Part shown: piece after piece, positions 1 through 7,498 of the stretch
Position numbering within the stretch: the first letter of the stretch is position 1
How the letters are laid out: every line of letters starts with the position of its first letter
IMG/VR virus record: IMGVR_UViG_2548876698_000017
Strand: one strand, 5' to 3'
DNA from: a virus
Lineage: Duplodnaviria > Heunggongvirae > Uroviricota > Caudoviricetes
Length of the DNA stretch: 34,976 nucleotides
Program-made: the position numbers and the translations under genes
The notes under the pieces: generated by a model
What the model was told of the DNA's origin: nothing
Database searches by the model: none
Seen by the model: only the letters and a program-made list of their open reading frames with translations

Positions 1-1251
1 GTGCTTACCGATACAAAATTAAAGAACCTCAAGCCACAGGACAAACTGTACAAAGTTTCCGATCGTGACGGGCTGTATGTAGCTGTGCTTACGTCAGGTA
101 CGGTCTCGTTTCGCTATGACTACCGTATCAACGGTCGCCGCGAAACACTGGTAATCGGGCAGTATGGGCGTGACGGTATCAGCCTGGCAGAAGCGCGGGA
201 AGAACTGATTGCTGCAAAGAAGCTGCTTAAAGCAGGCCAGTCGCCGGCTGCGGCTAAACGTGACGGTATCAAAAAGATTCGTGGTGCCGAGACATTTGCG
301 GTACATACCGACAGTTATATGAAACACGTCATCCTGGCTGAAAGTACCCGCGCAATGAAGCAGGCGGTGATCGACCGTGACATACTTCCGGTTCTTGGCA
401 ACAAAATGATGGCTGAAATTACCACATCGATGGTTCGTGATTTGTGTGACCGGATTGTCGAACGCGGTGGCCGGGCAACAGCAGTGCAGGCCCGGGAGAT
501 CATCAGCAGCGTATACCGTCACGCCAATGACCGTGGTCATGGTTTGTTTAATCCTGCGGCTGACATTAAACCTTCGTCTATCGCCATATTTAAACCACGA
601 GAGCGAACACTGACACCAGAAGAAATTGGCCTGTTCTTCCGCACGTTGGATGCCATTGGCGCTATGGGCACTATGAAAATGGCTTTAAAGCTGGTGCTTA
701 TCACTATGGTTCGTAAAGGCGAATTCACCAATGCAACGTGGGATGAAATAGATTTTAAAAAATGGACATGGACAATTCCTTCAGACCGTATGAAGGGAAG
801 TCGGGCGCACGTTATTTACCTGCCTAAACAGGCACAGGATATATTGGTCGGGTTGCAGATGTGCGCTGGTGGAAGTGAATATCTGGTTCCTGGTCGTTAC
901 AATTTCCGGAAGCCATTATCTAATGCCGCGCTGAACTCTCTGATCGACAGAACGGTGAAAATAATAAATGAAGATGGTGAGCATATTCAGGACTTCACCG
1001 TACACGATATGCGCCGTACAGCCAGTACGTTGTTGCATGAGGCTGGTTATCCTTCAGACTGGATTGAAAAGGCTCTGGCACATGAGCAGAAAGGTGTGCG
1101 CGCCGTATATAACAAAGCGGAATACGCCAGACAGCGCGCCTACATGTTGCAGCAGTGGTCCGATATGATTGATTCCTGGATTAACGGGGAGCATACGGAT
1201 CTGATTCCGTTCTCCCCGTCGAAGTTTGAGAAGTGGATGGCGGGGGAATAA
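1..1251 (+). CDS. int: Phage tyrosine integrase (P4/lambda-type); start may lie at or just before the window edge
   Basis: 416-aa ORF starting with GTG at base 1. N-terminal LTDTKLKNLKPQDKLYKVSDRDGLY arm-type segment; C-terminal HDMRRTAST (H-x-x-R) and downstream Tyr in YNKAEYARQRAY typical of tyrosine recombinases. Confidence 0.9.
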   Translation: MLTDTKLKNLKPQDKLYKVSDRDGLYVAVLTSGTVSFRYDYRINGRRETLVIGQYGRDGISLAEAREELIAAKKLLKAGQSPAAAKRDGIKKIRGAETFAVHTDSYMKHVILAESTRAMKQAVIDRDILPVLGNKMMAEITTSMVRDLCDRIVERGGRATAVQAREIISSVYRHANDRGHGLFNPAADIKPSSIAIFKPRERTLTPEEIGLFFRTLDAIGAMGTMKMALKLVLITMVRKGEFTNATWDEIDFKKWTWTIPSDRMKGSRAHVIYLPKQAQDILVGLQMCAGGSEYLVPGRYNFRKPLSNAALNSLIDRTVKIINEDGEHIQDFTVHDMRRTASTLLHEAGYPSDWIEKALAHEQKGVRAVYNKAEYARQRAYMLQQWSDMIDSWINGEHTDLIPFSPSKFEKWMAGE

Positions 1252-1282
1252 TTTTGCCCGGCACGTCCCTGTGCCGCCGCCG

Positions 1283-1939
1283 TCAGAAGAACCCTGCCTT
1301 GTCGTTGATGTACTCCGCGTGGGTCTGGATATCACGCAGGCATTTGCTCACACCGACGATGTAGCAGAACATGGTGGTCAGCTCCGCCGCCGCGCCCGAT
1401 ACGTCGTGCCCGTCTTCCTGTAACTGGTTCAGCAGATTCATCAGCAGTGAGTTCTCCGTCAGGCCGAGAACACCAGACGGAGAATGAATCAGGCTGCGGT
1501 AGCCGGGCTTCAGTGGGGCGCTGTATTCTTTTTTGTCTTCCAGCTTGATCGCCTCCATAATGGCGGGCATGAAGCCTGACAAGACCTTCTCCACTTTTGT
1601 TTCTTGTTGTCTTAAACGTTTCTCGCATTCAATGAAGTAGCGTCGTACCTGACGACCTTTTTCGTTACGCTCGACCATTGCTAGTTCTTTGGCTGTATCG
1701 AGGGTGAGGTGGTACTCTTTGCGGTTGTGGCCGCCTCTACCAGATGTTTGCTTTCCCAAATTGGAAAGCAAAATATAGTCTTGATTTTCAATGAATTCGT
1801 ATTCTGAAATGCGATTTGTAATCCATGCTGCAAACACCTTTTTAACACCTAAAAAAGCGTGCAGATCGCGGGCATTGCAAAGTAGGGATGTTTCGTTAGA
1901 TATAGTGCCGTTGAATACGGGGATGAGTTGACTGGTCAT
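1283..1939 (-). CDS. AntA/Bro-N-type phage antirepressor-like protein
   Basis: ORF track gives 1283..1969 from a TTG; I prefer the ATG at 1939 ([11 protein letters not shown]...) preceded by AGGAGG. N-terminal region ([10 protein letters not shown]...[17 protein letters not shown]...[14 protein letters not shown]) resembles the AntA/Bro-N antirepressor domain. Confidence 0.6.
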   Translation of the reverse strand: MTSQLIPVFNGTISNETSLLCNARDLHAFLGVKKVFAAWITNRISEYEFIENQDYILLSNLGKQTSGRGGHNRKEYHLTLDTAKELAMVERNEKGRQVRRYFIECEKRLRQQETKVEKVLSGFMPAIMEAIKLEDKKEYSAPLKPGYRSLIHSPSGVLGLTENSLLMNLLNQLQEDGHDVSGAAAELTTMFCYIVGVSKCLRDIQTHAEYINDKAGFF

Positions 1940-2263
1940 GATGACCTCCTTTGAAGTTTTAGTTAGCAATCACCAGTTAGTAGCTGGTGATCGGGTGTCA
2001 ACTAGAGCCTTCAAAGACGCTCCGGGCATATTCCCCTTTTGGGTATTGTATTACGCCTCTCCACCCGACCTTTGTACGGATGTGACTATGCCAAATTGCA
2101 GGCATAAAAAAGCCGCAAAGCTATCGGGTGCGGGTGACCGCTTTGAAGTTCTAGTGCGGTCAGTATGCGATAGCTCTGGCGGCATTGTCAAATCATGCGC
2201 CACTGAGTCCAGCAATCTCTGCAATACCAATAGCGAGATAATCGCGATTCGTCAGGCGTGATT

Positions 2264-2512
2264 TTATTGCATATGTCTTAGCTCCACTGAAGTTGTGATT
2301 TTATATGGGTTGCCTTTTACCTCAATAACACGATGAGGATCATTTTTTAGCTCTTCCGTAATCTTCCGTAATCTTCTAACAGCTGAACTTCGGTGTTTAT
2401 AACGGTAAGTTACAGTTTCTTTTCTCTGCAATACCTCATCATTGCGGTACTTAGTCAAAACCATGACGACTTCAAACCTGACGCCGTTGTGTGCAACCAT
2501 AATCTGCTTCAT
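2264..2512 (-). CDS. Hypothetical 82-aa protein, translationally coupled to the methyltransferase
   Basis: Internal ATG (MKQIMVAHNGV...) of the listed ORF 2264..2632; its ATG overlaps the methyltransferase stop as ATGA (rc of 2509-2512). Contains a 10-bp tandem duplication at 2352-2376. No recognisable family. Confidence 0.35.
   Translation of the reverse strand: MKQIMVAHNGVRFEVVMVLTKYRNDEVLQRKETVTYRYKHRSSAVRRLRKITEELKNDPHRVIEVKGNPYKITTSVELRHMQ
2352..2376. repeat. 10-bp tandem direct repeat (TCTTCCGTAA x2.5)
   Basis: Exact copies at 2352-2361 and 2362-2371 plus partial third; inside the predicted 82-aa ORF. Confidence 0.8.
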
Positions 2513-3159
2513 GCTGCACGCTCCCGCCCCTGGTTGTCTGTTGGTGACAGCGGAGCATTGCTGAATGCATTTGTTAATCCGCCAATATCCAACGCGTATC
2601 CAGGGTGTAGTTGCACTGCCGGGTCTTCGCACTGATTACCCCAAACATCGAAACCATGAGACGACTGGCGGGCGAACAGTTCAATGCGAGAAACATCGCC
2701 TAACAATTGCACAAGTTTTTCACGAACGATATCTGGTTTTCTTGAATGCTCAAGCCGCGGTGCGGTAAATGACTGAACGATCCCTGCATTAATGCGCGTA
2801 GGTAGTTTTCCCTTTACCGCAAACAGGCAATCTTCACTATTGGCGCGAGTCATGTGCCCCATACCCATAACCAGTTTATCTGGTTGTCGACTACCACATT
2901 TTATCCACGTGAAGCCCTTCATGGTCATCAGACGGAATCCCCAGGCTTCAACAACTTTTAGTGCTTCGAGTGGTTGTGTTGGCACCCACCACATGGCCAA
3001 CAGACAGTTTTCATCGGCCAAATCCCACACAGGAAGGCGGCAGATATCCAGCACACTCATAACCGGATATTTAAAACCGGCACCGCGATTACCATCTGCG
3101 GCTTTGTCCCGGTATACCCAGGGTGGATCTGCATAGATTAGTGTGTATTTCTTAGTCAT
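2509..3159 (-). CDS. MT-A70 family DNA N6-adenine methyltransferase (phage Dam-like orphan MTase)
   Basis: 216-aa ORF; N-terminal LIYADPPWVY (DPPW catalytic motif) and GFDVWGNQ region typical of MT-A70/phage adenine methyltransferases. GGGGTGG RBS upstream of the ATG. Confidence 0.85.
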   Translation of the reverse strand: MTKKYTLIYADPPWVYRDKAADGNRGAGFKYPVMSVLDICRLPVWDLADENCLLAMWWVPTQPLEALKVVEAWGFRLMTMKGFTWIKCGSRQPDKLVMGMGHMTRANSEDCLFAVKGKLPTRINAGIVQSFTAPRLEHSRKPDIVREKLVQLLGDVSRIELFARQSSHGFDVWGNQCEDPAVQLHPGYALDIGGLTNAFSNAPLSPTDNQGRERAA

Positions 3160-3451
3160 AAACCACCCCGCAACATCCTATGCCGCTATAGTCGCCACGG
3201 CGAAGGCCGTTACCTTTTGTGATACATTGGTCCCTGCGAACCGCGATCCTTGCACGCTCAACATCACCAGAAGCAACATCCATACACTGAAGCCAAAGGT
3301 GGGCGGCAATGCGGAACTGCCCTTTTTTCTCTCTTTCAATCGCGCGTTTTTCGATCTCTATCGCCGCAGGAGTAACGGCAACAACCTTTGAAGGGCTGCG
3401 CATTGAAACCTTGTTCATGTGATATTTTTCAAGTCGGCTTAACTTTCTCAC
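3152..3451 (-). CDS. Hypothetical protein; 3' end overlaps the methyltransferase start by 8 bp
   Basis: 99-aa ORF with GTG start at 3451 (alternative ATG at 3418); no strong RBS for either. First gene of the apparent operon; no recognisable family. Confidence 0.35.
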   Translation of the reverse strand: MRKLSRLEKYHMNKVSMRSPSKVVAVTPAAIEIEKRAIEREKKGQFRIAAHLWLQCMDVASGDVERARIAVRRDQCITKGNGLRRGDYSGIGCCGVVYD

Positions 3452-3560
3452 TTAATCCAACCATCTCTGAAAATTAATGCCAGCAGATAAAGCCATGCAG
3501 AAACAGAGGCCAGGAATAAGTACCATCCTGACCATTTGCTCCAGTGCCTTAGCAGCACAC

Positions 3561-3809
3561 TCATGCCGCGTTGCTCACGGGACGATATACACGTTGCTGA
3601 ACAGGAGGTTTTTTACCCTGGAACTCTGCCGGGCTTGCTGCCTGACGTTCATCAAGCCAACGCTCAACTTCATCACGGTTCCATGCGCAGCGTTTATCGG
3701 TGATATACCAGCGTTTAGGAAATTCCCCTGCGCGCTCCATACGGTCGATAGTGCTCCATGACAGTGGCACCACCGCCAGGAGTTCCTTCTTACCTAATGC
3801 ACCTTTCAT
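3561..3809 (-). CDS. AlpA-family HTH protein / putative excisionase
   Basis: 82-aa ORF; LLAVVPLSWSTIDRMERAGEFPKRWYITDKRCAWNRDEVERWL matches the AlpA/Xis pattern (S-x-S-T-I-x-R ... FPK ... W ... EV-x-x-WL). Confidence 0.65.
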   Translation of the reverse strand: MKGALGKKELLAVVPLSWSTIDRMERAGEFPKRWYITDKRCAWNRDEVERWLDERQAASPAEFQGKKPPVQQRVYRPVSNAA

Positions 3810-3858
3810 AAATACCTCTCTTGGTTGCAGTGCGGCGCGCGTGGCGCCGCGGTGGTGG

Positions 3859-4740
3859 TTACATAGATGTTTCGTTTAATTCTTCCCGACGAACGCTGTA
3901 AACGTCGGTGGCTTTTGCCAGCAGTTCGTCATCATCTGAAAGTTTTTGTGCAATGTATTTGTAAGCCTTATCCAGTTCGGAGACAGTGCTGTAATTCATC
4001 GCTGCGCTGGTAAAGGCCATCAGCATTTCTTCTGGATCACGGCTATCCGCTTTACGCGTTTGCTCATCAGGCTTTTTCGCTGGTTTAGCGTTGATCAGAC
4101 TGTTCATTCCCGCAGCAGTGGTCGTTTGCGGAGTAATGTCTCGCTCAACGCGCGGTGCCGTTTCCTGTAATTCGTCAGGGGTGTAAACACCGAGAAGTAC
4201 ATCAGGAGCGTGCAGGCGAGCCCATCGTTTCGTGCAAAGATAGGCAAGCTGCTGGCGCGGATCCTGTTCCCACAATGGAGAGTTACGCACTCCGGCTTGC
4301 GCCATACTGATGGTAAGCTCACGGGGTTCTGCTTCTCCTTTAAGAACTGCTGACACAGTTACCGTCAGATTCGGTGATTTATCTGTTTTGCCGTTAACAT
4401 TCGACCAGTCACCGCTCCAGCGATAATTCAGGCGTGTCGCTAGCAGGCTGGAAGAGGATACGACCGCGTTTACCAACTGTGCTTCGTAGCCTAACGTTCC
4501 GTTTACCACATGCGTTTTCTGCGCCACGGCGAAAGGATTCATTCCCCACTGTGCCGCCTGCATGGTCACCGCCAGACAATCGGCAGGTTTGCCTTCAAGA
4601 TGTTTCGGTACAGTCGCTTTGCTTTGTGACATCAACTCCGCGAAACGCACCAGTTGATTCATGCCCTCCGGGCTGAAGATTGCCGCAGCAGTACCTACAG
4701 TTGCGCCTGGTTGTGATGTGATTGCGATATCATTGCTCAT
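3859..4740 (-). CDS. recT: RecT-family single-strand annealing recombinase
   Basis: 293-aa ORF with RecT-like core (MQAAQWGMNPFAVAQKTHVVNGTLGYEAQL). Start ATG overlaps the upstream exonuclease stop as ATGA. Confidence 0.85.
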   Translation of the reverse strand: MSNDIAITSQPGATVGTAAAIFSPEGMNQLVRFAELMSQSKATVPKHLEGKPADCLAVTMQAAQWGMNPFAVAQKTHVVNGTLGYEAQLVNAVVSSSSLLATRLNYRWSGDWSNVNGKTDKSPNLTVTVSAVLKGEAEPRELTISMAQAGVRNSPLWEQDPRQQLAYLCTKRWARLHAPDVLLGVYTPDELQETAPRVERDITPQTTTAAGMNSLINAKPAKKPDEQTRKADSRDPEEMLMAFTSAAMNYSTVSELDKAYKYIAQKLSDDDELLAKATDVYSVRREELNETSM

Positions 4741-5558
4741 ACGTACATATCCTGTTTACGTGCCCAGTCAGGGCGTTTAATAATTTCCACTCCGCCCCAC
4801 TCATCGTTGATGCGGCATTCGTGATAGGTATTCAGATCCCGGCGGAACAGAGCGTGCCCGGCATCGACATCCGGCGCATCCAGCTCGAACACGCGTACCG
4901 GATACCGACCACAATCAATGCTTTCGCTCACGGCAAGAAAGAAAAAACCATGTGGCTGACCAGTAACCCTCATTGCGCCTTCGCGGTACATTGCGTCCTG
5001 CACGTGGTAGCGGAACTCCTCGATGTGGCGTGCAAAACGGTCCATATCTGCAACCTTTTTCACGTCGACGATCACGTTGTGCTCGTTCAGCCATTTGTCT
5101 GGACGAATTCGGCACAACTCACCCGTATCTTCATCGTTCCAGTACATTGATGCTTCGCAGTAACCATGTGCTTCCAACATCCAGCGTGCCGCCGGGTGAG
5201 CCATTGCGCTATCACGCATCAGCTCCAGTTTTCGCCACTGCTCTGCATCAAGTACCGAAATCCCCATATCCGCTACATCACGAATAAATGCCTCTTCGTC
5301 AGCTTTACCTTGTTTTGTCCGACGATCGAATTTCGGTGAAACGATGAAGCGTTTGTCAAACTCTCCAGGTTCCAGAAGCAGACAGTGCAGAGCAGTACCC
5401 ATGTCCAGTGCAGACTTCTTCTCTTCGTCTTCCGGAGCAGCCTTCACCCATTTCAGAAGGGCAGGGTTCTTAGCCACCATATCTAGCTGCGACTTACTCA
5501 CGCCGTCACCGGCGTGGTAGTCCTCGTTGCTGATATCGAAATAAATTCCCGGATTCAT
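4737..5558 (-). CDS. RecE-like PD-(D/E)XK exonuclease (exodeoxyribonuclease VIII-like domain)
   Basis: 273-aa ORF; RIRPDKW ... VIVDVKK gives a PD...D-x-K nuclease motif pattern. Sits immediately upstream of recT with ATGA overlaps on both sides. Confidence 0.75.
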   Translation of the reverse strand: MNPGIYFDISNEDYHAGDGVSKSQLDMVAKNPALLKWVKAAPEDEEKKSALDMGTALHCLLLEPGEFDKRFIVSPKFDRRTKQGKADEEAFIRDVADMGISVLDAEQWRKLELMRDSAMAHPAARWMLEAHGYCEASMYWNDEDTGELCRIRPDKWLNEHNVIVDVKKVADMDRFARHIEEFRYHVQDAMYREGAMRVTGQPHGFFFLAVSESIDCGRYPVRVFELDAPDVDAGHALFRRDLNTYHECRINDEWGGVEIIKRPDWARKQDMYV

Positions 5559-5854
5559 GCCGCGTCCCTCTGCCCATCAAGCTGATCCGCCAGCTCCCAG
5601 CGGGCGATAATTGCCATTGCCTCTCGCCGATAGGCATCCATCAGTTCTTCGAACTCAGGGCTGTCTTTAGCAGCCTCCAGCACTTCCTGACGAACGCCTT
5701 TGCCTGTTACAACGTCAAAAGTTGAGGCCAGTTGATGAAGCCGGATACTCTCAATCAGTTCGACTTGTCGGTCATATAGCTGTTCTGACAGGCGGTAGTC
5801 CTTGTCGAATGCCAGCATGATTTTTTGAAGATTTTTCTGCTGATTAACGTTCAT
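5555..5854 (-). CDS. Hypothetical protein, first long gene of the recombination operon
   Basis: ORF track 5555..5869; I prefer the ATG at 5854 (MNVNQQ...) with GGAGGG RBS 8 nt upstream. Stop overlaps the exonuclease start (ATGA). Function unknown. Confidence 0.45.
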   Translation of the reverse strand: MNVNQQKNLQKIMLAFDKDYRLSEQLYDRQVELIESIRLHQLASTFDVVTGKGVRQEVLEAAKDSPEFEELMDAYRREAMAIIARWELADQLDGQRDAA

Positions 5855-5856
5855 TA

Positions 5857-6009
5857 TCAGCCCTCCCATATCTCGTTATCGTTGGCCACATCGCGAGCTT
5901 CTTTGCTGACGAAAGCCCACTTAATACCTTCCTGTAAGGTGCGGAACTTCCAGCTCATGAATCCGCATGCAGTAACGCAGTACCAACCGTTGATGATTTT
6001 CCACTGCAT
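5857..6009 (-). CDS. Possible 50-aa ORF (MQWKIINGWYCVTACGF...), not in the supplied ORF track
   Basis: ATG at 6009 with GAGG upstream; stop TGA at 5857-5859 lies 2 nt before the next start. Below the ORF-track size cut-off; coding status uncertain. Confidence 0.25.
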   Translation of the reverse strand: MQWKIINGWYCVTACGFMSWKFRTLQEGIKWAFVSKEARDVANDNEIWEG

Positions 6010-6090
6010 AACTTGTTGCCTCGGCCTGTTATCGTTGAGGTAATAATTATGCGTATCTGGTTTGATGTCAATAGATATGAGTTAAAAAAA

Positions 6091-6105
6091 TTACCCATTA
6101 GGTAA
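6091..6105. promoter_or_regulatory. Operator-like palindrome TTACCCATTAGGTAA (perfect TTACC-N5-GGTAA)
   Basis: Between the repressor terminator and the leftward recombination operon, about 80 bp upstream of the first minus-strand ORF (pL-like position). Confidence 0.6.
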
Positions 6106-6112
6106 TCGAATA

Positions 6113-6141
6113 GGCAATAAAAAAGCCGCCTTCTGGCGGCT
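6113..6141 (-). terminator. Intrinsic terminator downstream of the repressor gene
   Basis: Hairpin AGCCGCC-TTCT-GGCGGCT followed on the minus strand by TTTTTATT; 22 bp past the repressor stop. Confidence 0.6.
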
Positions 6142-6162
6142 TACTTACTGAAAAATATGATT

Positions 6163-6747
6163 TTATTGTTTGTTTTTTTCGTTCTGGTTGATGACAAATT
6201 CAATGTAACTTTCGATCTTTGCTTTCTCGGTTTCGGGTAACAATGCGTAGCGCGAGCGATCATAGTTGATGGTCGCAGGGTCGTGCGGGTGAATCAGTAA
6301 TTCATAGCCGTGACGCCCGAATGCGGATGCAACATTCTCCAGGGTGGAAATGGAAACGCTGACCTCATTGTTTAACAGGCGGCTGATTGTCACTTGGGCG
6401 ACGCCGGATGCGCGGTGTAGTTTTCCCTGCGTTGAAAGGTCGCGGCTTTCGCTCATCCAGCGTTCCAGGTTGTGAGCCGCCAGCTGACCTATATCGCTCG
6501 GGCCGACAGGCTGAAAACCCTCCTGAGAAAGCGAGCGATCAATATCAAGCCAGTTACGGGGTTTATTGGCGGCAGCTTCAATTTTTCGTGCAACCTGGTC
6601 GCCGATAACCTTCTTGCCAAGAGCCCAGCGGTTTACCAGATTTGCCTGAGTTCCAAGTTTTTCTGCCATCCGCGTCTGAACACCATTGAATTCACGGTCG
6701 ATCAAGTCGTTGAGATTTTGCCTGCGGACGTCCTGGATACTTTTCAT
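6163..6747 (-). CDS. Putative prophage immunity repressor with two HTH regions and no LexA-like peptidase domain
   Basis: 194-aa ORF divergent from a Cro-like gene with three operator palindromes between them. HTH-like segments MAEKLGTQANLVNRWALGKK and ASGVAQVTISRLLNNEVSVSISTLENVASAF; no S24 peptidase motif seen. Confidence 0.6.
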   Translation of the reverse strand: MKSIQDVRRQNLNDLIDREFNGVQTRMAEKLGTQANLVNRWALGKKVIGDQVARKIEAAANKPRNWLDIDRSLSQEGFQPVGPSDIGQLAAHNLERWMSESRDLSTQGKLHRASGVAQVTISRLLNNEVSVSISTLENVASAFGRHGYELLIHPHDPATINYDRSRYALLPETEKAKIESYIEFVINQNEKNKQ

Positions 6748-6802
6748 TTTCTGGAAAATCGCCTCATATATGAATCAGTAGATGATTCAATTTAAAGCAA
6801 TA

Positions 6803-6817
6803 TTACCCAACAGGTAA
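6803..6817. promoter_or_regulatory. Operator-like palindrome TTACCCAACAGGTAA (perfect)
   Basis: First of three sites in the 154-bp repressor/cro intergenic region. Confidence 0.65.
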
Positions 6818-6819
6818 AT

Positions 6820-6834
6820 GCACCTCATAGGTAA
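6820..6834. promoter_or_regulatory. Operator-like site GCACCTCATAGGTAA (degenerate left half)
   Basis: Second site in the repressor/cro intergenic region, 3 bp from the first. Confidence 0.5.
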
Positions 6835-6850
6835 CTATCCTTGATTTTTG

Positions 6851-6865
6851 TTACCTTATGGGTGA
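6851..6865. promoter_or_regulatory. Operator-like site TTACCTTATGGGTGA (one mismatch in right half)
   Basis: Third site, about 40 bp upstream of the cro-like start; overlaps a candidate -35/-10 (TTGATT ... GAATAT). Confidence 0.55.
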
Positions 6866-6901
6866 ATATTTATTATCTGAAATAAATATCAGGCAATAGC
6901 T

Positions 6902-7132
6902 ATGAGCGATAACGGACATTTCGATTTCAAAAAGCACTGGCTTGCACTTACTCCGGATGAGCGTGAAGCCTTCGCACAGGAAGCCGGAACAACGAGTCAC
7001 TATATCCAGACTCACTTAACAGGTAAGCGCAAAATGCCAGGTAAGGTATTGATGAATGGGCTTTTTAAAGCCTGTAAAACAAGACAATGGCTGCGCTCAA
7101 AAGCAGAACTGGCATACTTCTTCTACTCATGA
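6902..7132 (+). CDS. Cro/YdaS-like small HTH regulator
   Basis: 76-aa ORF divergent from the repressor; HTH-like EAFAQEAGTTSHYIQTHLTGKR; followed by an intrinsic terminator at 7155-7178. Confidence 0.5.
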   Translation: MSDNGHFDFKKHWLALTPDEREAFAQEAGTTSHYIQTHLTGKRKMPGKVLMNGLFKACKTRQWLRSKAELAYFFYS

Positions 7133-7154
7133 TATCCAGCTACAACCCTCTGTA

Positions 7155-7178
7155 GACCGCCACCCGGCGGTCTTTTCA
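7155..7178 (+). terminator. Intrinsic terminator after the cro-like gene
   Basis: GACCGCC-ACCC-GGCGGTC followed by TTTTCA. Confidence 0.6.
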
Positions 7179-7187
7179 TATCTATTC

Positions 7188-7202
7188 GTACCTCAAAGGT
7201 AA
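7188..7202. promoter_or_regulatory. Operator-like site GTACCTCAAAGGTAA (one mismatch)
   Basis: Immediately after the cro terminator, upstream of the small zinc-binding gene and O-like gene. Confidence 0.45.
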
Positions 7203-7282
7203 TAAAAAACCAAATCTGGTTGATCTTTTTTTTGTGTCAGCACAAAATGACCGTAATCCCAATACTAATAACAGGGCTTACC

Positions 7283-7483
7283 ATGGAAATCATTACACGT
7301 ATTGATGCCGCAAAGCGCGGACTTAAACGCTACTACACCGGAAAACCATGTAAGCATGGACATGACAGTGAACGCTGGGTTTACAACGGACACTGTGTTG
7401 AGTGCACCATGGAATCAAACCGTCGCATCAGGGCAGAGATTAAGCAGATCATGATTAATTCCTCCCCACAACACTCAAGCTGA
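7283..7483 (+). CDS. Small Cys/His-rich (zinc-binding) hypothetical protein
   Basis: Internal ATG at 7283 (MEIITRIDAAKRGLKRYYTGKPCKHGH...NGHCVECT) of listed ORF 7220..7483; C-x-x-x-H ... C-x-x-C motif. Confidence 0.4.
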   Translation: MEIITRIDAAKRGLKRYYTGKPCKHGHDSERWVYNGHCVECTMESNRRIRAEIKQIMINSSPQHSS

Positions 7484-7498
7484 TAGCGGAGATTAATC

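Noticed and set aside
1938-2261. 107-aa plus-strand ORF across the ant leader
   Set aside because: It overlaps the ant start and its regulatory repeats, has no RBS, and has a low-complexity translation. The region is more likely the ant promoter/leader.
5825-6043. 72-aa plus-strand ORF in the pL-like region
   Set aside because: It runs antisense to the recombination operon leader with no RBS. A short minus-strand ORF (5857..6009) with RBS and coupling to the next gene is more plausible.
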